IMG/VR virus record: IMGVR_UViG_3300008255_000207
Location: 1 to 43,165 of that record
DNA length: 43,165 nt
Reading direction: 5' to 3' (one strand)
DNA from: a virus
Lineage: Duplodnaviria > Caudoviricetes
The first letter of the stretch is position 1, and each line of letters begins with the position of its first letter. Of this stretch, positions 16,203-26,651 are shown piece after piece. The notes under the pieces are model-generated. The model saw nothing but the letters and a program-made list of their open reading frames with translations. It had not been told where the DNA came from and did not search any database. Made by a program: the position numbers and the translations under genes.

Positions 16203-19200
16203 TAAAACAACCTTCCTGCATTGCCAGCAAAAGTGTTATTGGCTTCTTTATTCAAGTCACTGGCTGCTCTTAATGCCGTTTGGTACATATCAAATTCACC
16301 GACGATATAATTGCCGGAGATCGTGATCTGAGGGCTGAAGCTGCTGACAGAAGTGCTGGCCACCGGGGGCATCCATGGCCGCAACAGTTCTGGCAATTTG
16401 CGCAAAGGTGTGACTACTTCTTGGCGATCGAGCATAACGGGCCCGTATTTATCACCAGAGTACTTAGATTTATCTGGCGTAATTCCACCCCCGGCCAAGC
16501 CCTGCATGGCTGAAGTGGTTTCATAATAATAGCCATCAGTACCTGAAATTGTATGAGTGGCATCAGGTGTTTTTGTTCTGGATGTACCAGAGCTCTTTGA
16601 GGCCACGCTTTTGGCTGCCTTTTCTTGAGCAGCAAGCAAAGCCTCTGCCTCTTTTCGCGCAGCGGCAATACCGGCAGTGACCTCAGCCCATGCTGGAGCC
16701 CAATCGCGGGTGCTTTGCGTGGCCCTGAGAATTTCATCATCAATCGGCCTGATTTTTTTCTCGGCAGCCTCTTGCAAAACATCCAGCTCCAGTTGGAGCT
16801 TGTCGATAGATTGCTGCTGCTGGTCAAGCGCCAGCTGCTTGAGATCTATATTCTCCTGAGTGCGCTGGTCATCAGTGTCGTAGCGAGCATCAATCGCTTC
16901 AGAAGCGTATTTCTGCCAATTGGCATAAGCTTCGGCCCATTCCTTTTCAAGCTCCAGTTTGCGGGTGCGGGTCAGATCAGCGGTGGCCAGCTCCATCTCA
17001 GCAGCCTTGGCCCGAATCAGCTGGGCATTTTGCATTCTTTGCGCGTAATCGGATTCAGAAATCCGCTCGTCAGTGCGCATATTATTGGCTTCAAGCTCTT
17101 GCAAATCCGCTTCTTTTAGCAGGCCCTCACGTTTGGTTTTGCCTGAAACAGTGCTCAATCCATCATGTGTGGTGGTATTGGCAATTTCTTTGACGCCCGC
17201 CCAAGCCAGTGGATCTGAATCCAGGGCAGCCAAATCAGTTTTGAACTTGGTATTTGCTTTCCCGTCATTGGGATTGTAAACCTTTTTCTCAGCTTCACGT
17301 GCTCGGCGGCTGGCATCAAGTAAGCGCTGCATATCTTCCAGCTCAGTCTTGAGCGGCCGCATAGCAATCTGAATAGCTTTAATCTGGTCTTGCATGCTAC
17401 GGCTATTGAGTTCCAGCTGCTCTTGTATCAAGGTTTTTTGGTTATTCAATCGCTCAGTATATTCCTGCAACCAAATCTCTTTAAGCTTTTTCAGCGTGTC
17501 CTTTTCAGCATTGAGCCTGGCTTGGCCAAGTTTGCGCAGGGTATCCGCAAGCTGAGGGCCTTCGAGGTTGTCTCGGGCATCTTCCTCAGCTTCAGAGATC
17601 TTCTGAATGGCAGCCTCATAATCCGCAACAGCATCATCCAAACCGGTCTTAGTGCCCTTGGCTATCTCAGACTGAAGATCCAAAGCTGCCGTAGTCGCAG
17701 CATTGGCCCATTTTTGAGGAATATCCTTTTCGCCCTTGTCCAAAGTAGATTGAAGCAGTTTGCGCCGTTCATTCATGGCCTCCCACTCTTCAGGACTGAG
17801 AGAAGGGTCTTTCATCTTGTCTTCAAGTGTAGCCTGCTCTAAGCGAATCTTTTCACGCAGCAATTCAATCTCTTTTGAAGCCCCTTTGAGCGTGAGATTG
17901 ATCTCCATTTCGCGGGTCTGAGCAATTTCACTGTTAATTTTTGCTTCATCCTGAAGTCTTTTCAACCTCATATCAGAATCCACAAGGGATAAGCCAGTTT
18001 TTTGCTCTTTAATAATGTCGTCCCAGGCCTTTGAATCCCAGTTGCCCGTTTGAACGCCTTGCTTTGTCCAAGCCTCGCTTCTATCAGCAAAACGCTTATT
18101 TACAGCATCAATGCGCCGCTGGCGTTCTGCCGCTCGATCATCTTCTTGGCCAGGAGTCAGCTTGGCAGATTCTTCTGCCTGAGTAGTACGAGAGTCTTGA
18201 ATTGAATTCCAGGCATCAATATTTGCCTGCTTTACTTTTTCAAGGCGCTCCTGCTCAATTCTGAAAAGTTCTACTTGGATTTTAGCCTCAATCTCTTCGC
18301 GTTTTTTGGGCAAAGAATCGAAGAAATTATCTACATTGGCTTTTTCTTCAGGGGTATAAGCACCGAACCAACCCGTTGCCGTAATGGAAATGTCTTCACC
18401 TTGTTTGGCCAATGCACGCAGTTCAAGTTCTTTGCGCATCTCAATCTGTTCTTTTTCAAGGTCAAAAGTGTCTATACCCCTTTGTTTGGCCATTTCTATA
18501 CGAGTGGCATGAATTTCAGCATCCATTTGTAGAATGCTGGTCTTGAATTCCTCAGCCTGGTTATGTATTTTTAAGGGATCGCCAAAGAGATTGTCTTTGA
18601 TGCTTGATGTAAGGCTATCCAACAGCTGAGGGAATGTAGCACCAATACTTGAAAATGCGCCTATGGCGGCCCCAATTCCGGGGATTGCGCTAAACAGATC
18701 GCCTTTGATACCTTTATCCGATCCAAAGGATTTCCCAAGGGCTTCACTCAGCTTGCCTGTCCCACCTGGCTCAAACAAATCCATTAAGGTCAGAGCGTTG
18801 CCGTTGATGTCTTTGAGGCGACTTAAAGCGCCCTCAAGCCTGTTTGTCCATCCTGCAATATTGCTGCCAATATTTTGGCTGAGCCCTGCCATGTGCGAAA
18901 GCGCACCCAGAGTGGCATCAGTCGCGACCATCAGATCTTGCGCCACTTGCTTCCGCACCTGGCGTTCTCTCTCAAGACTTTGAAGAATAAGATCTTTACT
19001 CTGAAGCTCTAAATCAAGCTCAGCCCGCTCGCTATCTGTCATCTGCTTTTGAAGGCGATAAACAACCTCTGAAAGCTCTTTGCTTTGGCTGTTGCTCTGC
19101 AAGTGAGCCTTGGCCGTTTCAAGCTGGGCCCAAAGCTCACCTGAAATCTGGCTTTGCAATTTACTCTTTTTCTGCAAGGCTTCGGCCTGAATGCGCTCGA

Positions 19201-22200
19201 TTGTCTCCGGATCCTTTTGACCAGAAAGCGACGAACGCAAATCCCGATCAACCTGGCCAAGCTGATCATTGAGACCGTCAAGCTTGCGCTTGTGGGCAAA
19301 TTGCTCCTTGAGCCGTTCGCGCTCCATGTATCCATTGCGAGCTGACTCTGTGAGAGCAAGCTGAGTCAAAGCGTATTCGTCGGTCGTTTCCTTTTTTTCT
19401 CGCTTGAGAAGATCAAGGTGAGCCTGCAACCTTCTCTCCTCATCTCCCTGGCGAATCTCGCTCAACCTCAGATCCTTGTCCAGACCATCGAGCATTAAGC
19501 CAGCCTCTGCACGGGCACCCTCAACCAGAATGTCTTCTGTAATTTTGGCCAAACGTTCTCTCTCAGCGATCAAAGCATCGGTATGGGCCTTTTCAGCAAC
19601 CAGGCGTAAAGCAGCGTACTTCTCTTTGATTTTCAGCTTTTGCGCTTCAGTGGTACCTTCTTCAGCTAAACGCCCCATCTCTTCAGAGCGAAGGCTGGCC
19701 AAGGCTTTCTGATGGCTCGCTTGAATATCATCAAAGGTGTCAGCGGTCAGCTGGGCTTTGGCCACTGCAACATCCGCTTCAATACTGAGGCTTTCTTGTG
19801 CCCACCGGAGAGCTTCGGCCCGCTGTTTTTTCTGCAATTCAGCAGAATTCTGGATCCCATCAATACCCAGCTGGTTAATTTTATCCTGAATGGCAAAGAC
19901 TTCTTTATCTGCCTTAACCCAGGCATCGCTGCCTTGTTTGAAGCCGTCACGAACACCTTTCATTTCTTCTAACTGCTTCTTATACAGTTCAGCCTCTTTA
20001 GTGAGAGCCTGCTGTTTGAGAATCATCTTTTGGATGTCTTCACCACCACCTGCTGCGCTGGTATTCATTTCAAAGATGCGGGCATGAGCTGCCCGATTGG
20101 CATTCATTTCCATTCTGCCAGCGCCTTTGCCATAGCTTGCCATGCCAGTTTTGGGGTCGTAGGCTTCAATATGCCCATAAGTCTTAGTGGCATTAGTGAA
20201 GCCAGCCCCACGGTCATAGACGATTATAGAGGCGGCCTTGAGGTTTGCCATGACCTGTTTATAGTTTTGGGCATTGATTTTTACTTCATGAAAGCGTTTT
20301 GTATCCTGGGCCAATCGATTGGCCGCATCAGCGGCATGAATCGGGTTATCTCCAGACCTGCCTGTCATTTTGTCGAACATACCACCATCGCCAAAGGTTT
20401 CTTTGTACGCTTGGTAAACGGATGCAAAACAACTAGAGCCCGCTCTGCTGACGTTTTCGGAATTGGTGATTAGCTTTTGAGCCTTTGCGTCATCTATTGT
20501 TCCAATTTTCTGACTATTGGCTGCCAAAAGTGCGACCTGCTTATCCAACTCCGTTTTGAGCGTCGTCGTTTCGCGTTTGTGTTTTTCAGATAGAGCCTCC
20601 ACACGCTTTTGAGCTTCTTGGTCAGCCTTGCGATCTGCCTCATGATCTTTGGCATTTTCTGTTCCAGGTGCGTCGGTGGGTTTTTTAGACAGAACATCTG
20701 ACACTTGTTTTTCAAGCTTTTTATAGTCTTCAAGTGTTTGATGTGCACGTTGCAGCTGATCCTTAGATGCGTCAAGATCTTTTTGTTTGGCCGCAATTTT
20801 CTGATTTAAAACAGTAATTTGGGAATCAACTTTTGGTGCTTCGTCAAATTCAGTAAGGCCAGCAGAATGCCCTTTGCCTTGTCGTGTGGCCAACTGCTCC
20901 TTTAGATCCGCAAGTTCACGCTCACCTCGCAAAATACTCTTCATTTCATTTTGTTGGCTTTTTATGAGCTCAAGAGAGGCCTGAAGATCCTCGCGAGACA
21001 TGCCATCTAACTGGCCTGCTTTTATCTTTCGCTGCAGAGCATTCATTTTAGACTGCTGTGTATTTTTCTTACCAGCTTCTTCTGAATAGTTATCATTTTG
21101 GTCTGCTTCCGAATTCATAATGCCGGTGACAGTATTTACCCCAATATTGGCAACAGCCCCCAAGGCGAGTCCTGTCCAGCCAACAGGCCCTGACAACATT
21201 GCGAGAGCACGCCCCAAAAAAGGTGCCTTTTCAATGATCTGAGACATCATGCCAAGCATTTTGCCACCGGCAAAGACTGTGCCGCCAAGAGCGATTGTCA
21301 GCGCGGCCACGCTTGCGGCTAAAAACCCTATCTGAATACCTGCTGCTCGCGCAGGCTCAGGAATACCAGCAACTACATCGAGCAGGCCCTGAAGAAATTT
21401 AATACACTCGGCCACAGCAGGAGAAAGGTCTTTTCCGATTGAAATAGCAAGGTTGCTTGCTTTTGAATTTAACTTGGCCAGCTCAGCATTCAGGCCCTGC
21501 TGCATGATGTCAGCAGTTTCTTTACTGGCTCCATCGACGTTGTGAAGGGCATCAGTAAGTTTATCCAGCTCTTGTTTTGAGGACTTCATGAGCACTTGGG
21601 CAGCGCTCAGTGCTTCTGTGCCGAAGATTTCAGCAAGCATTTTGCCTTTGCCCACATCGTTGAATTTCTTCATTTTCTCGCGCAGTTCTTCAAAGACCTG
21701 GCCCAACGGTTTGAGCTTGCCTTGAGCGTCTTGAGTGGTGAAGTTGAGATCATCGAAAATCCGCTTGGCATCAGTACTTGGGTTGACCAGGCTGGTAAGC
21801 ATACTGCGCATCGATGTGCCTGCCTGCTCACCTAAAATCATATTGTTTCCGAGCAAGCCCAAGATGGCTGTCATTTCTTCAAGACCTTGATTGCTAGCAC
21901 GGGCCACGGGGGCAACATATTTCATCGACAGCTGGAGAGATCCAAAACTGGTTGCACTGACGTTGGCAGACTTGGCCAATACATCAGCAACGTGCGCAGC
22001 GTCTTTGGCATCTAGGCCAAAACCACGAATGGTGCCCGCAATCAATTGGCCAGAATTGCCTACACTTTCGCCAGAGGCCTTTGCTGCTATGGCCACGGCT
22101 TCGATTGCATCAGACACCTCTTGGCCCGTAAAGCCCAAACGTGCAAGTTCGGTATCAGCAACGGTCAGCTGAACAGCAGTAAAGCCATAGGCCTCACCCA

Positions 22201-22999
22201 GAGCCATGGATTTCGCTGTCAGGTTTTCTATCTCACTGCTGGACGCTCCAGAGATTGCTGTGAGGGTATTCACTTCCGCCTCAAGCTCTCCGAATGCCTT
22301 CGCACTAAATCCACCGGCAGCAGCTAGGGCCGCCAAGGCGGTACCCGCAATTGCAGCAGCTCCAGTCAGAGCAGATTCCATGTCTTTGAGGCTGCCAGTC
22401 CAATCATCGGCCATTTTCTTGCCCGCTTTGCCTGTTTCAGCAGCGGCTTTGGATTCTTTGTCCAATTCCTGTTTGACTGTGGCACTGCTTGAGCGCGTAG
22501 TACTGGCGATCTTTTCATTGGCTTTTTTGACTTCTTCAGCCATTTTGCGGGCAGCTTCTGCCTCTTTGAGTGCAGCAGCGGCAGCAGCATCCCAATCAGG
22601 CTTGGGAGCATTGGCCAAGGCCCCTTGTTGAACCTGCAAACGCTCCATGCCCGTGGCAGCCTGTTTACTGGCCTGACCAATTTGTACCAGCTGGCCGATA
22701 TAATTGGCGAAATTGGCTTTGTTTAAATTGGGGTCAAGGTCAGAAAATGCTTTACGGCTGGAAGCACTGAGCAAGTGCATTTCTTTTTGAAGGGCATTCA
22801 AGCTGGCAGTCATGGACAATTGCAGAGATTTGGCCTGCTTATCCAGCACAGCAAAGGCCACGCCCACTTGGCCAAGTTCTGCTTTTGCTTGCTGATCAAA
22901 GGTCTTTATCTGCGCAAGAATGCCCTCAAGGCCGCGCTTCATTTCGTCAGTTTTGATCGCAATCGTAAATTTTAGATATTCTTCAACAGCATCAGACAT
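16202..22999 (-). CDS. Tape measure protein (TP901-type core) with an internal CHAP/NlpC-P60-like segment
   Basis: 2265 aa. AAHVADVLAKSAN, MKYVAPVA and GEQAGTSMRSML core motifs. SSCFASV...YGHIEAY Cys/His pair. Confidence 0.92.
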   Translation of the reverse strand: MSDAVEEYLKFTIAIKTDEMKRGLEGILAQIKTFDQQAKAELGQVGVAFAVLDKQAKSLQLSMTASLNALQKEMHLLSASSRKAFSDLDPNLNKANFANYIGQLVQIGQASKQAATGMERLQVQQGALANAPKPDWDAAAAAALKEAEAARKMAEEVKKANEKIASTTRSSSATVKQELDKESKAAAETGKAGKKMADDWTGSLKDMESALTGAAAIAGTALAALAAAGGFSAKAFGELEAEVNTLTAISGASSSEIENLTAKSMALGEAYGFTAVQLTVADTELARLGFTGQEVSDAIEAVAIAAKASGESVGNSGQLIAGTIRGFGLDAKDAAHVADVLAKSANVSATSFGSLQLSMKYVAPVARASNQGLEEMTAILGLLGNNMILGEQAGTSMRSMLTSLVNPSTDAKRIFDDLNFTTQDAQGKLKPLGQVFEELREKMKKFNDVGKGKMLAEIFGTEALSAAQVLMKSSKQELDKLTDALHNVDGASKETADIMQQGLNAELAKLNSKASNLAISIGKDLSPAVAECIKFLQGLLDVVAGIPEPARAAGIQIGFLAASVAALTIALGGTVFAGGKMLGMMSQIIEKAPFLGRALAMLSGPVGWTGLALGAVANIGVNTVTGIMNSEADQNDNYSEEAGKKNTQQSKMNALQRKIKAGQLDGMSREDLQASLELIKSQQNEMKSILRGERELADLKEQLATRQGKGHSAGLTEFDEAPKVDSQITVLNQKIAAKQKDLDASKDQLQRAHQTLEDYKKLEKQVSDVLSKKPTDAPGTENAKDHEADRKADQEAQKRVEALSEKHKRETTTLKTELDKQVALLAANSQKIGTIDDAKAQKLITNSENVSRAGSSCFASVYQAYKETFGDGGMFDKMTGRSGDNPIHAADAANRLAQDTKRFHEVKINAQNYKQVMANLKAASIIVYDRGAGFTNATKTYGHIEAYDPKTGMASYGKGAGRMEMNANRAAHARIFEMNTSAAGGGEDIQKMILKQQALTKEAELYKKQLEEMKGVRDGFKQGSDAWVKADKEVFAIQDKINQLGIDGIQNSAELQKKQRAEALRWAQESLSIEADVAVAKAQLTADTFDDIQASHQKALASLRSEEMGRLAEEGTTEAQKLKIKEKYAALRLVAEKAHTDALIAERERLAKITEDILVEGARAEAGLMLDGLDKDLRLSEIRQGDEERRLQAHLDLLKREKKETTDEYALTQLALTESARNGYMERERLKEQFAHKRKLDGLNDQLGQVDRDLRSSLSGQKDPETIERIQAEALQKKSKLQSQISGELWAQLETAKAHLQSNSQSKELSEVVYRLQKQMTDSERAELDLELQSKDLILQSLERERQVRKQVAQDLMVATDATLGALSHMAGLSQNIGSNIAGWTNRLEGALSRLKDINGNALTLMDLFEPGGTGKLSEALGKSFGSDKGIKGDLFSAIPGIGAAIGAFSSIGATFPQLLDSLTSSIKDNLFGDPLKIHNQAEEFKTSILQMDAEIHATRIEMAKQRGIDTFDLEKEQIEMRKELELRALAKQGEDISITATGWFGAYTPEEKANVDNFFDSLPKKREEIEAKIQVELFRIEQERLEKVKQANIDAWNSIQDSRTTQAEESAKLTPGQEDDRAAERQRRIDAVNKRFADRSEAWTKQGVQTGNWDSKAWDDIIKEQKTGLSLVDSDMRLKRLQDEAKINSEIAQTREMEINLTLKGASKEIELLREKIRLEQATLEDKMKDPSLSPEEWEAMNERRKLLQSTLDKGEKDIPQKWANAATTAALDLQSEIAKGTKTGLDDAVADYEAAIQKISEAEEDARDNLEGPQLADTLRKLGQARLNAEKDTLKKLKEIWLQEYTERLNNQKTLIQEQLELNSRSMQDQIKAIQIAMRPLKTELEDMQRLLDASRRAREAEKKVYNPNDGKANTKFKTDLAALDSDPLAWAGVKEIANTTTHDGLSTVSGKTKREGLLKEADLQELEANNMRTDERISESDYAQRMQNAQLIRAKAAEMELATADLTRTRKLELEKEWAEAYANWQKYASEAIDARYDTDDQRTQENIDLKQLALDQQQQSIDKLQLELDVLQEAAEKKIRPIDDEILRATQSTRDWAPAWAEVTAGIAAARKEAEALLAAQEKAAKSVASKSSGTSRTKTPDATHTISGTDGYYYETTSAMQGLAGGGITPDKSKYSGDKYGPVMLDRQEVVTPLRKLPELLRPWMPPVASTSVSSFSPQITISGNYIVGEFDMYQTALRAASDLNKEANNTFAGNAGRLF

Positions 23000-23056
23000 G
23001 TGGCAAAGCCCCCCTGCTTTGATTGTGCGGGGGGGCTTAGAGGGCTTATTTCAAGT

Positions 23057-23359
23057 TTATCTAAAAAGGTCTGAGTGTGATCCCATTCTCACATAAGTGA
23101 GCTCTGAATCCGGGGGTTCAGTTCCCTTCTTTTTAGGCGGATGATGCAAATAATAAATCACAAGTCGATCAGGTCCAAAGTGAAACTCACGATGTCTCTT
23201 CCAGTCACCATTTAAAGGATGATCCTTGAATTCTTTAGGAAGCGACATTCCGGTACTAAGATAAGCAGCGGCTTCTTTATACCGCTCAAAATCCCAGTTT
23301 CGGGCTTTACACCGTTCAATATCTTTTTCGAACTGATTGGTAAAAGCAATCTTTATCAT
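23057..23359 (-). CDS. yafQ: YafQ-family mRNA interferase toxin
   Basis: FTNQFEKD, KDHPLNGDWKRHREFH, DRLVIY and RMGSHSDLF. ATG at 23359. Confidence 0.9.
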   Translation of the reverse strand: MIKIAFTNQFEKDIERCKARNWDFERYKEAAAYLSTGMSLPKEFKDHPLNGDWKRHREFHFGPDRLVIYYLHHPPKKKGTEPPDSELTYVRMGSHSDLFR

Positions 23360-23360
23360 G

Positions 23361-23627
23361 TTAAATTCCGAGAGCTTTAAACGCCTCTTCATGCGAATCA
23401 AAAGATTCGAGGTTCTGTCTTTTTTCAGCATCCCGCATAGCTTCTAAAGTTATAGCATTTGGAATTCTGATGTCGAACGGAATGCCTCTCAACATTCTGA
23501 TTTGTTGATAATACATCCGAATCGCCTCTGATGCGCTAAGCCCTAATTCCTTTAATATTTTTTCTGCTTCGTGTTTTAGCTCAGGTTCAACTCGAACACG
23601 AATCGTTTCCGTTGCGGTATTAGTCAT
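23361..23627 (-). CDS. dinJ: RelB/DinJ-family antitoxin
   Basis: IRVRVEPELKHEAEKILKELGLSASEAIRMY...GIPF...PNAITLEAM. Confidence 0.92.
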   Translation of the reverse strand: MTNTATETIRVRVEPELKHEAEKILKELGLSASEAIRMYYQQIRMLRGIPFDIRIPNAITLEAMRDAEKRQNLESFDSHEEAFKALGI

Positions 23628-23652
23628 TCGATCAGCTCCTTAGGAAAGGGTG

Positions 23653-23704
23653 CAAACAGACTTTAATATCAAAGTCTGTTTGACTGTACCTCAAATGTAG
23701 CACA
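23653..23704 (-). promoter_or_regulatory. Moron promoter and 12-bp inverted repeat upstream of dinJ
   Basis: TGcTACATT extended -10 (23702-23694). CAAACAGACTTT/AAAGTCTGTTTG at 23653-23682. Confidence 0.55.
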
Positions 23705-23719
23705 AACGGGGAACGGAAA

Positions 23720-24265
23720 TCAACGATAAACAGAACTGAAGTTTATACTTCTGCGCCTGGCTTCGTCAGTAATCGCTTTTTCAGGGTTATAGCCCTGTAC
23801 GCCGTAGATGATGGCCTTCGTCCATTTGTCTGGCAACTCTGGATCATTGGGATCAAGCCCTGCCTCTTGCCATGTAAGTGGCGGCTGATTCAGAGCCATG
23901 GGTACACGCCCAACAGCTCGGCCTGTGTCATCTTCAGGCGGGTGCCTTAACCACCATTCATAATCTTGCATAACCCAGCTGTGCCCAGCTGCGTCTTCAA
24001 GCAAACGAATTTCACCCGGGGTTAGATCTCGGAGGGCTGCAAAATTGGCAGCCTTTCCACCGGCAAGGCTCCAGAGTCTTCGGTACCAGTATCTTCTGCT
24101 CCACCACTCGTATGGAGCTGATCCTGGAGTGCCATCGTCATTTGGCGGGAATAAAGGATAACGCTCTCGCTCAATGCGTTGATATTCTCGATACTGGCGA
24201 GACGAAACGAATAAATCAACCGCTTCAGTGGTATAGGCATCCCTTCCCACCATTCGATAAAATTT
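23720..24265 (-). CDS. Tail assembly chaperone, frameshifted (T-like) part
   Basis: Lies in the -1 frame relative to 24022-24795. In-frame slippery heptamer A-AAT-TTT at 24265-24259. Confidence 0.6.
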   Translation of the reverse strand, partial: KFYRMVGRDAYTTEAVDLFVSSRQYREYQRIERERYPLFPPNDDGTPGSAPYEWWSRRYWYRRLWSLAGGKAANFAALRDLTPGEIRLLEDAAGHSWVMQDYEWWLRHPPEDDTGRAVGRVPMALNQPPLTWQEAGLDPNDPELPDKWTKAIIYGVQGYNPEKAITDEARRRSINFSSVYR

Positions 24266-24795
24266 GCATAGTTTATTTCAACCACCTGGCGTATAACGCC
24301 GATCTGTTGGTTGGGTGGGCAAATGCTGAAAAAGTCAGGATCAACCTCTGCGCCTGGGTAGCTGAGCAGAAATGAAACCGTTTCATACACGCTGATTTTT
24401 AAGGCATCTGCGCCGGGTCGGTGGACAATGGTTTCAAACAGCTCATTCACATACGTCAAGGGATCAGAAGCGGCCTGCTGTAGTCTCAGCAGTGCTTGGC
24501 CACGGTAAAGACCTGCTGACCATTCCTCAATTGCAGGGAGCAGGATAGACCAGTAGTGATCCCCGCCCAATACGGGCAAAAAGCCTTTGACAATCTGCTG
24601 GCCCGCGCCAAGGGTAAAAGCCTTTTCACTGCGCAGCGGGGGCTTTGGCTCCCAACCAGGTACATCACGCTCAGCAGCTGGCTGGGCCAAGCGGGCCATA
24701 ATGGCATCGACTTCAGCTTGATCAGCGCCTTCCGCCAAAAGCGCCGAGTAAATTGTGTCCGTATGCTTCAAAATCGCTTTGCCAGTCTGATCCAT
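24022..24795 (-). CDS. Tail assembly chaperone (G-like)
   Basis: SD GAGGA. Position between tail tube and tape measure, with an overlapping -1 ORF. Confidence 0.65.
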   Translation of the reverse strand: MDQTGKAILKHTDTIYSALLAEGADQAEVDAIMARLAQPAAERDVPGWEPKPPLRSEKAFTLGAGQQIVKGFLPVLGGDHYWSILLPAIEEWSAGLYRGQALLRLQQAASDPLTYVNELFETIVHRPGADALKISVYETVSFLLSYPGAEVDPDFFSICPPNQQIGVIRQVVEINYANFIEWWEGMPIPLKRLIYSFRLASIENINALSESVILYSRQMTMALQDQLHTSGGAEDTGTEDSGALPVERLPILQPSEI

Positions 24796-25354
24796 AATGT
24801 TTCCTCAGTGCTTTGTGAAATTTATCGGTCTTTACTTCATCTGCCAGGTCTGTTTCTTTGCCAATCACCCGGAGAACAGCCCCCAATGGCCGGGGCTTAT
24901 AACCCAATGAAAAGGGTTTGTTTACAGCAATTAGGGCTATGGGTGTCTCCCCTTCGCGCTGCTTGACTTCGGTGTGAACTACAATGCGCAGGCTTTTGAT
25001 CCGCCTTTGACCCTCGTAAAACTTCTGCACACTGTCACCCAAGCGATTGCAGCGGGCATCCCATTCCATCCAGAGCACGCTATCAACAGGGTATTTTGCC
25101 TTCTGCTTTTGGGCCTGAAACAGCTGGGCCATCTCTGCCTTGATATTTGCGGGATCGTGTTCTGCTTCAGTAGAAAAAATGATTCTGCTGCCCTTTTTAA
25201 TCTGAAGCAGTTGGTCAACATAAAAAAAATACCCGCCTGGAGCCGGATTACCTAAGATAATGCTCGGATCCGAGGCGAGATGGTCAATTGAGTAGCTGAT
25301 GATTCCGTCAGCTGCCTCAATTCCCAAAAGGTCAGGAGACTGGGATGGTTCCAT
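24722..25354 (-). CDS. Hypothetical protein
   Basis: Long ORF filling the gap after the tail tube gene. Start uncertain. Confidence 0.55.
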   Translation of the reverse strand: MEPSQSPDLLGIEAADGIISYSIDHLASDPSIILGNPAPGGYFFYVDQLLQIKKGSRIIFSTEAEHDPANIKAEMAQLFQAQKQKAKYPVDSVLWMEWDARCNRLGDSVQKFYEGQRRIKSLRIVVHTEVKQREGETPIALIAVNKPFSLGYKPRPLGAVLRVIGKETDLADEVKTDKFHKALRKHYGSDWQSDFEAYGHNLLGAFGGRR

Positions 25355-26186
25355 ACATGCCGTTAATGGTTGATGGCACAATCTGATAAGTATTTCCAGC
25401 CCCAGCAGAGAGCTTTGAATACCCCAGCAAATCGAATTCAATCATGGTTTTTTGTTGACCATCATTGCTCATGGACTGGTCAAAACCACTGACAGGCTGA
25501 CAACGCCAGCAGGTTTGGCGGTTGCTATCACCGTGATTGAAATCATTGGCGATAATGACTTCTCGCAGCAAGGGTGAACCGCCGCCAAGGTCTTGTTCAA
25601 AGCCTTCGAGTAAGTAAACAGCAGAAGATGCGGCAGGAATTTCATCCAACTCATAGAGAAGGTAGATCCATTCGTTTGTTTCATCAACCGAACGAATTAC
25701 TCCACGCATAACTGGAGCATTAGAATTGGTGCGAGGAATCAAAATACGCTTGCCAATATAACTTGCAAAAGCTGTTGCGCCGCCCGTATCCATTTTCAGC
25801 TTGCTGGTAGTGCTGCCTGTGGCTGCGGTATTGGCTGTAACAGGAGAAGTGGGCTGTGTATCAACGGTTTTAATGCTGGTGCCATTCCCGACCTCCATGG
25901 CCAACAAGTTCAAGTCCTGAATGGCAATATTGAGTTTGCCATTCCAGCCCTTGAGAATGTTCTCCAAAACAATGTCTGTAGCCCCTGCAGTCACAGGAGC
26001 CAAATCTGGCTTCAAAGAAAACTTTGTGTCTTTCTGATCAGCCAGGCCTAGCAGACGTTTGCCTGTCAGAGAAGTGTAATCACGACCAGAATTGTACGCA
26101 TCAATAAAGATACGTCCGGCCGGAATTGCGGAAGGTGCTGTTTGTTCAGGCAATGGCTGAACAGTAGCGAGAGTTTGAGCGCCCAT
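25332..26186 (-). CDS. Major tail tube protein
   Basis: SD AGGAG, size, synteny, beta-rich composition. Confidence 0.65.
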   Translation of the reverse strand: MGAQTLATVQPLPEQTAPSAIPAGRIFIDAYNSGRDYTSLTGKRLLGLADQKDTKFSLKPDLAPVTAGATDIVLENILKGWNGKLNIAIQDLNLLAMEVGNGTSIKTVDTQPTSPVTANTAATGSTTSKLKMDTGGATAFASYIGKRILIPRTNSNAPVMRGVIRSVDETNEWIYLLYELDEIPAASSAVYLLEGFEQDLGGGSPLLREVIIANDFNHGDSNRQTCWRCQPVSGFDQSMSNDGQQKTMIEFDLLGYSKLSAGAGNTYQIVPSTINGMYGTIPVS

Positions 26187-26189
26187 GGT

Positions 26190-26651
26190 TTAATCTCCTG
26201 TAAAAAAAATATTTAGAGTGCAGGTGCTGAGCTCGATGTCGGGCCCATCCGAGCGCACGCGCCAGAACTGGGAGCCATTGAGTTCTATCCTGATGTTACC
26301 CGAGGGGGTTGAGGGGTTATCTGAACTTTGGAAATCGAGCAAAGGTATAAGGGCCATGCGTGGATTTGCCTGCTTGAGCTTAAATCCCCAGGCATTGCGC
26401 AGCCGCTCGCGCATTTGAATTCTTACCCAATCACTGAGCGAACGGGGCAAGCGCAAATCGAGCTGTATAAGCGTAAAGCCCTCAAGTGTGGCTGGGCCAT
26501 CTGCCATTTGATGCATGCGCAGCGAGGGTTCAGGCTCAGGTGAAATATTGTCCAGCTCTGTATCCAGAGCAATAGACAGGGCCGTCGCCTCAGTATCTGA
26601 AGTAGTTTTGAAAAACAGGGCAGCTGATGCCAGCGTATTTGCTTGGCTCAT
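26190..26651 (-). CDS. Tail terminator-like protein
   Basis: Synteny and size only. Confidence 0.5.
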   Translation of the reverse strand: MSQANTLASAALFFKTTSDTEATALSIALDTELDNISPEPEPSLRMHQMADGPATLEGFTLIQLDLRLPRSLSDWVRIQMRERLRNAWGFKLKQANPRMALIPLLDFQSSDNPSTPSGNIRIELNGSQFWRVRSDGPDIELSTCTLNIFFTGD

